Origin: a virus
DNA: 64,000 nt
Strand: one strand, 5' to 3'
IMG/VR virus record: IMGVR_UViG_3300012985_000010
Location: 1-64,000 of that record
Made by a program: the position numbers and the translations under genes
Notes under the pieces: model-generated
The model's input: only the letters and a program-made list of their open reading frames with translations
Database searches by the model: none
What the model was told of the DNA's origin: nothing
Shown here: positions 9,673-19,487 of the stretch, in pieces
How positions within the stretch are numbered: position 1 is the first letter of the stretch
Layout: each line of letters starts with the position of its first letter

Positions 9673-9999
9673 TCAGGCTAAAACGCCGTGCATATGAGGC
9701 CTGCCGGTGTTCTTCGCGTGCTTGATGCTGATAGCCTCGTCCAGTGATCCACGGACCTGACCGGCCTCTAGTAGCATCTGGTAAAAGTCGAACGTGCGAA
9801 TGCAGATGTCTGCAATCTCGTCCATGATCTTATCAGCACCCTGCTCCTTGCGGTAAGCCTCTAGTACCTCAGAAACCTCTGAGTGTACCAGCGCCAACTT
9901 CATTAGAGCGACCTGCACGTCCACCTCTGGGAAGTCGTGAAAGCCCTTGTTCTTTGCGTTCTCGTGGACGGTGTACGCCCACTCATCAATCGTCTTCAA
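9673..9999 (-). CDS. MazG-like nucleotide pyrophosphohydrolase
   Basis: 'LALVHSEVSEVLEA.RK...DEIADICIR.FD' motif. Confidence 0.88.
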   Translation of the reverse strand: MKTIDEWAYTVHENAKNKGFHDFPEVDVQVALMKLALVHSEVSEVLEAYRKEQGADKIMDEIADICIRTFDFYQMLLEAGQVRGSLDEAISIKHAKNTGRPHMHGVLA

Positions 10000-12900
10000 T
10001 TTGCTTAATGCTCCTTAGTACGAGTGTTCCGTCATCCATCGTTCCGACAGATAGACTTACCTTGTTACCGGGCTTGCCGTGAGCAAGCGCGTGTACGAAC
10101 TGCTTGCTGAAAGCCATGACCTTACGGAGTTCGCCCTTTGAGTTAGCAAGTACCAACTCGGCGTAATCCTTACCGGCCTTCGACCTTCTGTAGTTCGCTG
10201 AGATTACATAGTATTCCTTGTGGGCTAGCGTGACCTTTCCCTTTAGGTACTTGACCAACGCGTCGCCCTTCATGTCCTTCAATTCGGTGGCAGCGATGTA
10301 TCGTGAAATACTGCTACCGGCCTTCATGACGAGGTACATCTGACCCTTCTCGATTTGCGTAGACGGACTGGTAAAGCCTGAGAAGCCTCCACCCTCGTCC
10401 ACGAACTCAACCCTGCACCAGCCGTTCTTGCGAACGATGTCCTTTGCAAGGCCTAGGAGGATGGAGATTCCAGCCTCATCAATCTCGTCAGAGCGCATCA
10501 CGCTTTCCCTGAGGGTCGCTGGAATTGCCTCCAGGTCGAACTTAGGGATTCCCAGGTACTCGTAGTAGTTATTCCCCTCCTCGCCAGTCTTCGGCTCTAG
10601 AGTGGCACCTACCGCCCTGAGGGTGGATGCGATCCTGGTATTGATGCCAGAACCCTTTGCGTAAACGAGATCATCAAAGTCCTTCTGCGACTGGTATGGT
10701 CGGTGTCGGATGATGATGCTCGCGGTCACGTCAGAAAGGTACTTGACCTTTTGCAGGCCGTACAGAATCTTCCCGTCGACAACCTCGAAGTCAGAAGGGC
10801 TGACATTGATATTAGGCAGGCCGATCTTGACGCCCAGGCGCTTGCACTCGATCAGGTACGGGGTCAACTCGTCAGGCTTTTCCTGGCTACGAAGGATCGA
10901 GCACAGGAACTCGGTTGGGTAGTAATACTTCAACCAGGCCGTCCAATACGTGATGATCGAATATGCGACAGCGTGCGACTTGTTGAACGAGTACCCAGCG
11001 TGAGCCTCGAAGTCATGCCACAAGCCCTCAGCCTGCTCTGTGGTAATCTTTCCCTCACAGCCGCTCAGGAACTTCTGACGGTACGCGTCGAATTCCGTAG
11101 AGTCCTTCTTCTTTCCGATGATCCTACGAATCTTGTTAGCGTCACCCTTTGTCATACCAGCAAGGTCGGTACATGCGCGCATGACCTGCTCCTGGTAAAT
11201 GATCAGTCCGTGGGTTTCAGCCGTGATCTCATCGTAAATCGGGTGTACCTGCGTGTCCTGAGCCCTGCCGTTCTTCCTGGCAATGTACTCGACACCTACA
11301 GTGTTGTAGGCACCGGGCCTGACGAGAGCCGTAGAAGCAGCCAGGTGCTCGAATGTCGAGACGCCCATTTCCTTCAACAGTTTCGTGTAGGCGCTCTGCT
11401 CGGCCTGGAATACTCCAACGGTCTGTCCAGTAGACAGTCCACGGAATACCCTAGGGTCATCGAAGTTCCACGGCAGGCTCACCTCAGGGGTATTCTCGTC
11501 GCGGTGCTTGTTGACCATATCCAGAGTCTCGTGGATTACAGTCAGGGTCTTTAGACCCAGGAAGTCGATCTTGATTAGACCCAGGTCGGCAGCCTCGTTC
11601 ATATCCAGCGCGATTGCTGGCAGACGTGACTTGTCCTTTGAGTCGGTATCCGTGCGTGACTCAATTGGAGCATAGTCCTCTAGAGGCAGCCTAGATACGA
11701 TTAGACCGGCGGCGTGCAGACCCGTACCACGAATCTTTCCACGAAGCGTCCTAGCCATATCCAGTACCTCAGGGTACTTGTTCCTGTAGTCCAGCGTGTC
11801 GTTTGAGTCCTCGAATCCCTCGAAGTCCTCAACCTTCTTTAGGACAGCCTCAGTCTCACCAACAGGGACGCTAAAGACGCGGGCTGCGTCCTTGATTACG
11901 CCCTTGTCGCGGAAGTAGTTGAACGTGACGATGTTGCCGACGCTCGGGTACTTCTCGACCATATGCTGCTTTACCTCGCCACGACGACCATCCTCGAAGT
12001 CGATGTCGATGTCAGGCCAGTCGTTACGCTCTTCGTCAATGAAACGAGAGAACAGAAGGTCGTACGGAATCGGGTCAACCTGTGTGATACCCAATAGGTA
12101 GCAGACAAGGGAGCCCGCAGCAGAACCACGACCGGGACCGACCATGATGTTCTTTGATCGAGCCCACTCAATAGCCTCGGCTACGACAATGAAGTAGGAC
12201 GCGAAGTCCTTTGACTTGATGACACCCAATTCTTCCGCTAGACGATCCTTGTACTCCTGCTTATTGTTGAGACCTAGACGGTTCATGGCAAGGTTGCAGG
12301 CTGTCGTCAATTCGACGTTAGCGTCTCCTACCGGGCGTGGAAGTAGGTCCAGGTCCGCGTAGTATTCGTAGTCGCCAATCTTCTCAGCGACCTCTAGAGT
12401 GTTGTCGTAAATGTCGGTACGGTTGATCTCCTGCGCCACCATCTGCTCGTGCATTGACTCGCGCTCGGTGATGAACAGGTCCCACTCTTGGAACGACATC
12501 TTGCGCTCAGGGTAAAGGTAGTTGAACTTCTCCAACATATCCTTCTTCTCCCGCATACCGGCGAAGGTCGCGTCAGCGGCCCTGGCAGGGTTGGTGGAAA
12601 GGATCAGGAATGCCTCTTCGATTGCGCGCTGCTCTGCCGACGCGTAGTGGCAGTCAGCAGTGACGACAGGCTTTACACCGTAAAGGTCAGCCATGTCCAG
12701 CAGCCCGTTGTTAATGTTCAGCGGGTTGTGGGTCTGGACCTCCATGTAAAAGTCCTTGCCGAAGCGGTCGACAAACGCCTTTGTCCACATGTTTGCGGAC
12801 GCGTCGTCACCTCGCTCAATCGCCTTTGCGATCAGGCCGTTTAGGCAGCCTGATAGGACGATGAGGTCATCACCGAATTCGTCTAGGATTTCAAAGTCGA

Positions 12901-13273
12901 TACGAGGCTTGTGGTAATAGCCCTCATTCCAAGCAACCTGTGACAACTTCTGAATGTTCCTCATGCCGTTCTGGTTCTTCGCAAGAAGGATGAGGTGGTT
13001 GTAAACCTGATCGCCCTCTTCACGCTTGGCCTTAGCCCTGCGGTCGAAACGGTCGGTTGCTGAAATGTATGCTTCTACGCCGAGAATTGGCTTGATGCCC
13101 TCGGCCTTCGCTGCTCTCTGTAGAGCGCGGTGGCCCGCCAATGTACCGTGGTCGGTAATGGCGATGCTGTTGTGGCCTACACTCTTTGCTACCTGTACCA
13201 ACTCTGATGGGTCACAAAGACCGTCTAGCAGGCTGTACTGGCTGTGAACGTGTAGGTGTACTAGGTCTGACAA
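9986..13273 (-). CDS. dnaE: DNA polymerase III alpha subunit
   Basis: PHP 'HLHVHSQYSLLDG', 'GPGRGSAAGSLV', 'PDIDIDF', 'YSFNKSHAVAY'. Confidence 0.96.
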   Translation of the reverse strand: MSDLVHLHVHSQYSLLDGLCDPSELVQVAKSVGHNSIAITDHGTLAGHRALQRAAKAEGIKPILGVEAYISATDRFDRRAKAKREEGDQVYNHLILLAKNQNGMRNIQKLSQVAWNEGYYHKPRIDFEILDEFGDDLIVLSGCLNGLIAKAIERGDDASANMWTKAFVDRFGKDFYMEVQTHNPLNINNGLLDMADLYGVKPVVTADCHYASAEQRAIEEAFLILSTNPARAADATFAGMREKKDMLEKFNYLYPERKMSFQEWDLFITERESMHEQMVAQEINRTDIYDNTLEVAEKIGDYEYYADLDLLPRPVGDANVELTTACNLAMNRLGLNNKQEYKDRLAEELGVIKSKDFASYFIVVAEAIEWARSKNIMVGPGRGSAAGSLVCYLLGITQVDPIPYDLLFSRFIDEERNDWPDIDIDFEDGRRGEVKQHMVEKYPSVGNIVTFNYFRDKGVIKDAARVFSVPVGETEAVLKKVEDFEGFEDSNDTLDYRNKYPEVLDMARTLRGKIRGTGLHAAGLIVSRLPLEDYAPIESRTDTDSKDKSRLPAIALDMNEAADLGLIKIDFLGLKTLTVIHETLDMVNKHRDENTPEVSLPWNFDDPRVFRGLSTGQTVGVFQAEQSAYTKLLKEMGVSTFEHLAASTALVRPGAYNTVGVEYIARKNGRAQDTQVHPIYDEITAETHGLIIYQEQVMRACTDLAGMTKGDANKIRRIIGKKKDSTEFDAYRQKFLSGCEGKITTEQAEGLWHDFEAHAGYSFNKSHAVAYSIITYWTAWLKYYYPTEFLCSILRSQEKPDELTPYLIECKRLGVKIGLPNINVSPSDFEVVDGKILYGLQKVKYLSDVTASIIIRHRPYQSQKDFDDLVYAKGSGINTRIASTLRAVGATLEPKTGEEGNNYYEYLGIPKFDLEAIPATLRESVMRSDEIDEAGISILLGLAKDIVRKNGWCRVEFVDEGGGFSGFTSPSTQIEKGQMYLVMKAGSSISRYIAATELKDMKGDALVKYLKGKVTLAHKEYYVISANYRRSKAGKDYAELVLANSKGELRKVMAFSKQFVHALAHGKPGNKVSLSVGTMDDGTLVLRSIKQIEDD

Positions 13274-13310
13274 AATGCCTCCGTAGGCTTCGGTTGTTTA
13301 GAAATGGACA

Positions 13311-13336
13311 TGGGTGGGGCCCGAAGGCCCCACCCA
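13311..13336 (-). terminator. Intrinsic terminator hairpin after the SSB gene
   Basis: TGGGTGGGGCC-CGAA-GGCCCCACCCA perfect stem. Confidence 0.75.
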
Positions 13337-13341
13337 ACGTC

Positions 13342-14010
13342 TTACCAGTCGGAAGGTGAATCCTGCTTTGCAGCAGGTGCTTCCTCTACGGCCTGGTCGT
13401 TGCCGCCTCGAACATATGCCTCCTGCTTCTCGTAAGGGATGTCCCTTACAGCAGTGGTCTTTAGATCGAACAGTTCATACTTGGTTGGGTCTGCTGGCTC
13501 AGCAGGCACAGCAATTGCTGTGTACGAAGTGGTGTTCTGGCTTGAACCAGTACGACCGATCTTCCATGATGCACCAGTGATGCCGCCGACCTCTTCTGCG
13601 TATGAGATAAGGTTCGGGGTGATGGACTTGTCTGAGAAGCCCTGCGAGATAACCTTGACGTCTCCGTCTACAAGTACGTTGGCGTAGAAACGAACCTTCG
13701 CCTTCCACTTGCTGTTACCGGTCTCGTTTACCTGATCGCAGCCCCAGCACTTGCCTTCGTCGTCCTTTGTACAAAGGAACTTGCGCTTGAACGAGAACGG
13801 CTCCTGCGGAGTGTGCTCGACAGCGAGAATGGCTGTGCCTGCTGCTTCGTTGTAACCTGGGGAGTCTGCGTCAATCTCCTGTAGGAACTGAGCCCTTACG
13901 ACTTCCTTGTCCTTGATGGACAGCCAGTTTACCTTTACATAATCGCCACCGCTACCGGCGGCGTCCTCTGCAACCTTCTTGGCAGAGGCCAATCCTTCTA
14001 GAATACCCAT
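13342..14010 (-). CDS. Single-stranded DNA-binding protein (gp32-like)
   Basis: Zn motif 'H...C...CWGC', OB-like core, acidic tail ending in DW; lies between primase and polymerase. Confidence 0.75.
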   Translation of the reverse strand: MGILEGLASAKKVAEDAAGSGGDYVKVNWLSIKDKEVVRAQFLQEIDADSPGYNEAAGTAILAVEHTPQEPFSFKRKFLCTKDDEGKCWGCDQVNETGNSKWKAKVRFYANVLVDGDVKVISQGFSDKSITPNLISYAEEVGGITGASWKIGRTGSSQNTTSYTAIAVPAEPADPTKYELFDLKTTAVRDIPYEKQEAYVRGGNDQAVEEAPAAKQDSPSDW

Positions 14011-14069
14011 TTTAGTAATTTCTCCTTCGTGGCCGAGAGGCCTGTTGTGTACTTCAATTATACCATGTA

Positions 14070-15131
14070 CTAGTAAAGATCGAGAAGCAAGTATTCAAAG
14101 TGTGGTCTTGCGTTCTGCACTACCGTCAGTCTATCAGACTCAGAAATTGCACTGATATCCTTGGCACCACCAGGGTAAACTTCGGTGTCACTGTAGCACG
14201 CCCAGAAGATTTCCTTGCTGGGCAATGCCGATGCGATCTTCATACCTAGGTCACGTCCGGGGTTGTGACCTATGCACTTTCGGTCTGGACACTTCTTGCA
14301 ATTCGGGTAGAACTGCTTTTCATCGAAGTCGGTACAGATGATGATGCGCTCGTAGTTCCTGTCGAGCAATTCAGCCTGTGCCCTACTCAGCACACCACCG
14401 AGTAGAGCCCCACTGTTCTTCAAGCCAACCTGTGCAAACGACATAGTGTCGAATGCTGCCTCGGTGACAAGGATCGTTCCGCCGCCGCGCTTTGCAGTCT
14501 GACCGTTGTAGATCAACTGATTACGAGGGAGGTGACCGGAGTTCTTAAACCCCTTCTCGCCTGGAGTACGACCAACGAATCCGACGAACATACCGTCGTC
14601 AGCGAATACGGGAACGGTGATCAGGTTCTTCTTCTCGGAGTAACCGATCTTGAACTCTGCCAGAACGAAGTCGTTAAAACCTCGACCGTGCATGTAGTCC
14701 ATAGCGACCTGAGACTTCCAGAAGTTATCCTGCATTTCCTGTAACTTTTCTAGCGGGTAGGGCTCGATCTCCTTCGGACCATCATCGGCCAAGACCGAAG
14801 CCATGATCTTCTCGAAATCGGGTTCGCCCGTGCGGTGAGACGCAATGAACCTAAGAACCTCGTACTCGTTCTTTTTGGTTACAGCGGAGACGAGGTGGTT
14901 GAATACACCGGCCTCACCGCAGGACGGGTTGAAGCAGCAATATACGCCGGTCACTTTACTGACTGTCAACGCTGGGCTATACGTGTTCCCGTGGAACGGG
15001 CACAGGCATAGAAAGTCGTTGTCGGTCTGTCCTTTGACCGTAACCCCTATGGAGTTAAGGACGGCTCTGATTTCTTGCTGGGTGTAGACATTGGTATAGT
15101 CCTTCCCGCTGAGACGCCTTCCACTTGCCAT
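14070..15131 (-). CDS. DNA primase
   Basis: CHC2 zinc finger 'CPFH...CFNPSC', 'GFVGR', TOPRIM 'VTEAAFD...TDFD'; start uncertain. Confidence 0.9.
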   Translation of the reverse strand: MASGRRLSGKDYTNVYTQQEIRAVLNSIGVTVKGQTDNDFLCLCPFHGNTYSPALTVSKVTGVYCCFNPSCGEAGVFNHLVSAVTKKNEYEVLRFIASHRTGEPDFEKIMASVLADDGPKEIEPYPLEKLQEMQDNFWKSQVAMDYMHGRGFNDFVLAEFKIGYSEKKNLITVPVFADDGMFVGFVGRTPGEKGFKNSGHLPRNQLIYNGQTAKRGGGTILVTEAAFDTMSFAQVGLKNSGALLGGVLSRAQAELLDRNYERIIICTDFDEKQFYPNCKKCPDRKCIGHNPGRDLGMKIASALPSKEIFWACYSDTEVYPGGAKDISAISESDRLTVVQNARPHFEYLLLDLY

Positions 15132-15358
15132 GACTTCTTCTTCCCTACATACATGAAGTACATTACTAGTTCACAATCGAAGTGTTCCTTTTCAGCAACA
15201 TACGACGTTGTGAATACAGTGTCGAGGTCAAGGCACGGAACGTAACCGCTGTCGCGCATTGAATCCTCTAGGGTCTTTTCCCAGGTAGCCCTTACCCTTA
15301 CTACGCCCGAATCAGCCACCTGGCCCTTTAGGACCTCACGGTGAATGTTACGAGCCAT
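15047..15358 (-). CDS. Hypothetical protein between helicase and primase
   Basis: ORF in operon; start chosen at MARNIHRE. Confidence 0.6.
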   Translation of the reverse strand: MARNIHREVLKGQVADSGVVRVRATWEKTLEDSMRDSGYVPCLDLDTVFTTSYVAEKEHFDCELVMYFMYVGKKKSWQVEGVSAGRTIPMSTPSKKSEPSLTP

Positions 15359-16577
15359 CTGCTGTGCCATATGTTTCCTTAAGTGTTCCTCGGCCAAAGT
15401 CTGCTTCCAGGTAGAAAGCAAAACTAGGTCCGTGACGATTCTTCCTCTCAACACACTCAACTAGGTTGGTGTCCTGGTGGTGATGAATTGCCATTGCCAT
15501 GTCCGCGTCGTACTCGATGGCCTTTGACCAAGCGACCTGCGACAACATCGGAGGTCCCTTCGTGTCAGAGATATCATCCATTGTTGCTGCGGTAATGTCG
15601 ATAACTGGAATGTTATTCGAAAGAGCGAGCCTCTTTAGTTCCCGAGAAATGTTCATGTTTCTCTCGGTCGGCTGCTTTGATCTACCATTGTCAGTAAGCA
15701 ACTGGTGATAGTCGGCTACTACAATGGAAGGCTTGTATTGGTCGATCTTCGCCTGAATGATGTCAGGAGTGACCTCACCAACGCCCTCGTTGGAAACGAT
15801 GATGAACTCTGGCTTGTCAGTCAGAGTCTTCTTTCCCCACGAGCGGAAGTCGTCTGTGTTGACCATACCCTTCTGGAAATCGCTCATCCTAAAGATACCG
15901 GAACCCATCAAGGTGTAGATGCGGTTACGCATATCCTCGGGTGACATTTCAAGGGAGATAATCATTGGACGGTGCCCCTGCATCCATGCCTGACACATAA
16001 GGTATTCTGAGATCCAAGACTTACCTCTACCGGGCCAACCAATCAGAACGATTAGGTGACCAGGCGCGAGGCCTGTAGGGTACGCAGCGTCCAGGGCTTT
16101 GAAGCCGGTACGAATACCAGGCGTTCCGCCCATTTCCTCTGTGAGAGACCGCAGGTCGTCATAGTACCGGCCAGCGTTCTCGTAGTCAGTAATGTTCAGG
16201 TCCTTGACAGAGTTCGTGAGACGAGCGAGGCCCGTCATTTCCTTCTGCATTCGAGCCAGGACCTCAGAAGGGGCCGAGCCCTTTAGGTCGTGGATACCAC
16301 CGATTAGCAGGTTACCCAACGTGTTGTTTAGGTAGCCGCTCTTCAATTGGTCAACGTAATACTGAGTTGGACCGCTAACGTCACTCTCTCTGAATTCGGG
16401 ATGCTTTGACCTCAACTTATCTGGCGAGGGTGTCGTTCCGTAAATCTTGTAGTAACGCTTGACGCTCTCCCACATGTCTCCGTGGGTCACAAAACACTCA
16501 TCGAGGTTCTGAGCGAGGGCCGGATTGATGTCCTTGTTCTCTAGAACAGCCGAGATTACATCAATCTCCGTCGACAT
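15348..16577 (-). CDS. dnaB: DnaB-like replicative helicase
   Basis: 'GWPGRGKS' Walker A, 'ISLEM', 'VADYHQL', 'IEYDAD', 'KNRHG'. Confidence 0.92.
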   Translation of the reverse strand: MSTEIDVISAVLENKDINPALAQNLDECFVTHGDMWESVKRYYKIYGTTPSPDKLRSKHPEFRESDVSGPTQYYVDQLKSGYLNNTLGNLLIGGIHDLKGSAPSEVLARMQKEMTGLARLTNSVKDLNITDYENAGRYYDDLRSLTEEMGGTPGIRTGFKALDAAYPTGLAPGHLIVLIGWPGRGKSWISEYLMCQAWMQGHRPMIISLEMSPEDMRNRIYTLMGSGIFRMSDFQKGMVNTDDFRSWGKKTLTDKPEFIIVSNEGVGEVTPDIIQAKIDQYKPSIVVADYHQLLTDNGRSKQPTERNMNISRELKRLALSNNIPVIDITAATMDDISDTKGPPMLSQVAWSKAIEYDADMAMAIHHHQDTNLVECVERKNRHGPSFAFYLEADFGRGTLKETYGTADGS

Positions 16578-16908
16578 TCACGCCCTCCGTTTCTACTAAT
16601 TCCTTGGTCTTTTCGAGAAGTTCTCTCGTACGTCTGTCATCCTCTAGTCTAGCATCCCTGGCGACGGCCAACTTATCGAAGTTCTGCAAGAAGAATGGCA
16701 GGCTGTTCTTGTGGTTTCCGTCGAGGGTGAAGTAATAGTCTAGAAGGGCCTTAGCGTTTAGGTAGTCAACACTGTCAACTACGTCCGCTGCCCCCCACTT
16801 CTCCCGGTAGCGATTTACTACAGGCTTCTTGCCATACTTCTGAGTGTACAACTTCTCATAGTATGTCAGGACGCCCATAGCCTCCTTCATTCGCTGCTGG
16901 TTAGTCAT
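16561..16908 (-). CDS. Hypothetical protein (possible helicase loader by position)
   Basis: ORF directly upstream of dnaB. Confidence 0.6.
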   Translation of the reverse strand: MTNQQRMKEAMGVLTYYEKLYTQKYGKKPVVNRYREKWGAADVVDSVDYLNAKALLDYYFTLDGNHKNSLPFFLQNFDKLAVARDARLEDDRRTRELLEKTKELVETEGVNVDGD

Positions 16909-17110
16909 TGCTTCGGAGTTCGGCCTCGATCTCAACGACCTGCTCTACCAACTTGGTCTGAGCGAACGTCTTAATCCTGTGAAAGGCTTCGTCCATTGTT
17001 TCATCGTCACGTCGGGAGTCTTCAATCTCAACCTTTACGTGTACGTTTTCGAAATTCCCTAGGTTCCTAAGGAAGTCATACCCAACCCTAATCAACGGCT
17101 GTGCTGTCAT
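16901..17110 (-). CDS. Hypothetical protein
   Basis: 'RNLGNFENVHV' motif of small conserved phage proteins. Confidence 0.65.
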   Translation of the reverse strand: MTAQPLIRVGYDFLRNLGNFENVHVKVEIEDSRRDDETMDEAFHRIKTFAQTKLVEQVVEIEAELRSND

Positions 17111-17396
17111 GCACCACTCCAAATCCTGCGGGGACGCGGTTTTCTTCGGCAGGGTCAACCTGCTCTTCCACGCCCGAGACTCTTTCCGCCATGTTCAACC
17201 ATGCGAAACTTACCTTTAGCAGACCGTCAAGGTCGGCTACTCGTTCTGCTACTGTAGTGGCTTTGTCCAAGATATACGCAGACCGGGCCAAGCAGTATTC
17301 ATAGTCCAAGTCTACCATGTTCGAATCGTCGTCGCCAGTCTCATCCTTTTCAGGGTCTTCCTCGACAGCCTCTTCTACAACCTCTTCATCACTCAT
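17088..17396 (-). CDS. Acidic hypothetical protein
   Basis: TAATG-coupled ORF. Confidence 0.6.
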   Translation of the reverse strand: MSDEEVVEEAVEEDPEKDETGDDDSNMVDLDYEYCLARSAYILDKATTVAERVADLDGLLKVSFAWLNMAERVSGVEEQVDPAEENRVPAGFGVVHDSTAVD

Positions 17397-17929
17397 TAAA
17401 TCTCCTCTGCCTTCCAGACAGGAACAAGGTGCCCCTTAGAATCTTTCTTGTAGAGCACCTTGTCCCCGGCTAGAATCCTCTGGACCTCGCTGCGCGGAGT
17501 GAGGGTCTGATTAGCGTTTTCACGAAAGTCCTTCGTTGGGCGTCCGTTCTGGACTCCGCAGAAGAACTCGTGTACTTCAAGCACCTGCTTCTCACTAAAG
17601 TAGTACCTCGGGACTGACGGCTTGTCAGTCAGCGAATATGTAGCAGCCGGGGCTGGCAACTCACCACGCTGAACGTAGTGGTTAACTCTACCACGGTCTC
17701 TACCGATGATCGCACCGACCTCCGTAGTCGAATACGCCTTCCCCTGTCGTCTCACCCAATCACTGTAAAGGTACTTGACCTCCTTGTGCTGTGGGTAATT
17801 CCAGGCGATGATGATATCTCGACCTCGGTGGATGTACAACTTCTTGTGGAGTTCGCCATTAAGGAAGAAGACCGAACGCTTTTTGATGTCGTTCGGCCAC
17901 TTCCCTACAAACCCAGTAGGTGCCGTAAT
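17396..17929 (-). CDS. MerR-like HTH DNA-binding protein, probably starting at ATT 17929
   Basis: 'AYSTTEVGAIIGR' HTH; frame stays open 30 codons upstream of the TTG at 17839 to an ATT that follows AGGAG. Confidence 0.7.
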   Translation of the reverse strand: MTAPTGFVGKWPNDIKKRSVFFLNGELHKKLYIHRGRDIIIAWNYPQHKEVKYLYSDWVRRQGKAYSTTEVGAIIGRDRGRVNHYVQRGELPAPAATYSLTDKPSVPRYYFSEKQVLEVHEFFCGVQNGRPTKDFRENANQTLTPRSEVQRILAGDKVLYKKDSKGHLVPVWKAEEI

Positions 17930-18087
17930 TCTCTTTCACTCCTAACGAGGAAGCGCCCGAAGGCGTTTGTCTCTTTGTCCACGAACCATCGCTTGCCGCA
18001 CCTCGAACAGGTCAGTTCAAACTTCTGATTCTCCGTGAACGTTCTGTCGACAAACACCCTGCCGTGACACTTTCTACACCAAAGCAT
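17905..18087 (-). CDS. Small zinc-ribbon protein
   Basis: CxxC...CxxC 'CRKCHGRVFVDR...CSRCG'. Confidence 0.7.
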   Translation of the reverse strand: MLWCRKCHGRVFVDRTFTENQKFELTCSRCGKRWFVDKETNAFGRFLVRSERELRHLLGL

Positions 18088-18096
18088 GGTAGAGCC

Positions 18097-18414
18097 TTAC
18101 TCTTCGCCCTTATTGGGTCCAAAAAGGTTAACTGCTTCCAACTTGGCGTTTAGACCTGTATTCTTAATGATCAGGTTGTAGATAATTGATGATGATGCGT
18201 AAACGGCGGTACCAAGACCGGCTAGGTCATGGGTATCGAGAGCGTACTCTCCACTGACACCGACGACGGCTGCACCACCGACAAGGCTCAGTCCGATAGC
18301 AACCAGGGTCTTAATCCTGTTGCTCCAATGGGACTGCTTGATTGTTGAAACTGCAAATGTTACAACGACTGATGTTACTAGAACAGCCGCCGAACCTGTA
18401 GTCAGAATATCCAT
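18097..18414 (-). CDS. Holin-like membrane protein
   Basis: Three hydrophobic segments, 105 aa, strong GGAGG RBS, own TGCTAGAAT -10. Confidence 0.65.
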   Translation of the reverse strand: MDILTTGSAAVLVTSVVVTFAVSTIKQSHWSNRIKTLVAIGLSLVGGAAVVGVSGEYALDTHDLAGLGTAVYASSSIIYNLIIKNTGLNAKLEAVNLFGPNKGEE

Positions 18415-18448
18415 TCGTGTATTACCTCCTCACTTAATTCTAGCACAA

Positions 18449-19204
18449 TTACGCCTGGAACTTTTTGCCGTTCACATAGCATGTGTAATCGTGGATTCTA
18501 ATTAGTTGGCAGAATGGGCGAACCCCATTCTCCACGTTCGCAACGAGGAAGCCTGCCTGCCAGTCGTGAGAGGTGGTGTAATCCATCTGGCTCTCGTCTG
18601 TTAGGTGACCAATCTCGTAACCCTCTAGGATTTTCCCTGTCAGGTCGTAGGTCTTGTTGTAAATGCCCTGCCTGTGGGAGTGTCCTCTGATGAGTGATAC
18701 CCCAAAGTTCAAGCAGTCATTCCTCACGCTTTCTGCAGCGTGCTTGGAGATAGACTCTCCGTGGTGAACAAACATGTCACCGAACCTTCGTACCGGCGGC
18801 TCGTTGTAACGATGCCACTCAATACCCTTGTCCTTGTACTGATACAAAGTGTCAGGAGTGATGAGGTCCAGCATTGCTGGTGCCCTCTTTTCCAAGTACG
18901 ACTCATGACGGGTCCATCCGTGGTTACCGTCGTGGAAGTGAATATCCGCGTCCGGGTTTCCGTTTCTCAGTTCTCCCAAGAAGTCGCGGGTACCTCGTAC
19001 ACCGCCATCTTCAATTGAGACAACGGATGCAGGAGTTCCCTCAGCCCAACGGCTGGTGGAGTCTGCATCGTCAATGTCACCGGCGAGGTCAATAGCGTCA
19101 GGCTTGACGTACTTCATGACCTTCATGAACAACTCGACTTTCCTAGGGTCGTGGCGAGGGAAGTGAATATCCGACACTACGATCCACTTTAAGTCGTTAC
19201 CCAT
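18449..19204 (-). CDS. Calcineurin-like metallophosphoesterase
   Basis: 'SDIH', 'GDIDD', 'GNH', 'HHG', 'GHSH' motifs. Confidence 0.9.
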   Translation of the reverse strand: MGNDLKWIVVSDIHFPRHDPRKVELFMKVMKYVKPDAIDLAGDIDDADSTSRWAEGTPASVVSIEDGGVRGTRDFLGELRNGNPDADIHFHDGNHGWTRHESYLEKRAPAMLDLITPDTLYQYKDKGIEWHRYNEPPVRRFGDMFVHHGESISKHAAESVRNDCLNFGVSLIRGHSHRQGIYNKTYDLTGKILEGYEIGHLTDESQMDYTTSHDWQAGFLVANVENGVRPFCQLIRIHDYTCYVNGKKFQA

Positions 19205-19219
19205 TAAATACCTTTCTGT

Positions 19220-19486
19220 TTACGAAACGCGTGCGCGGTCATGCTGACATCTAACGCACGGGAAGAGATTGAACTCAGGATTGTTATCCGTCTTGTCCTC
19301 AGAGATATGATGTACCTCTTCCCAGGTTTCTAGTACGCGCCCATACAGTGCTTCAAGAGCGAGCCTATGTTCATAGTACCACCCTCGGAAAGACTTGGGG
19401 TGCTCAGGCACCTTGATCAGGACGTAACCGTTATATGCTATCTTTTGCTCCCGGCCCGCCCAATTGCGGATCGGAACGTAGGCCAC
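19220..19486 (-). CDS. HNH endonuclease (HNH_3 type)
   Basis: 'YEHRL...EVHHISEDKTDN...NL'; GTG start chosen just after the upstream stop. Confidence 0.8.
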   Translation of the reverse strand: MAYVPIRNWAGREQKIAYNGYVLIKVPEHPKSFRGWYYEHRLALEALYGRVLETWEEVHHISEDKTDNNPEFNLFPCVRCQHDRARVS

Positions 19487-19487
19487 T

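Noticed and set aside
10703-11554. 283-aa plus-strand ORF inside dnaE, and the many similar antisense ORFs such as 62259-63155, 42106-42771 and 30517-31089
   Set aside because: Shadow frames of well-supported opposite-strand genes, with no recognisable motifs.
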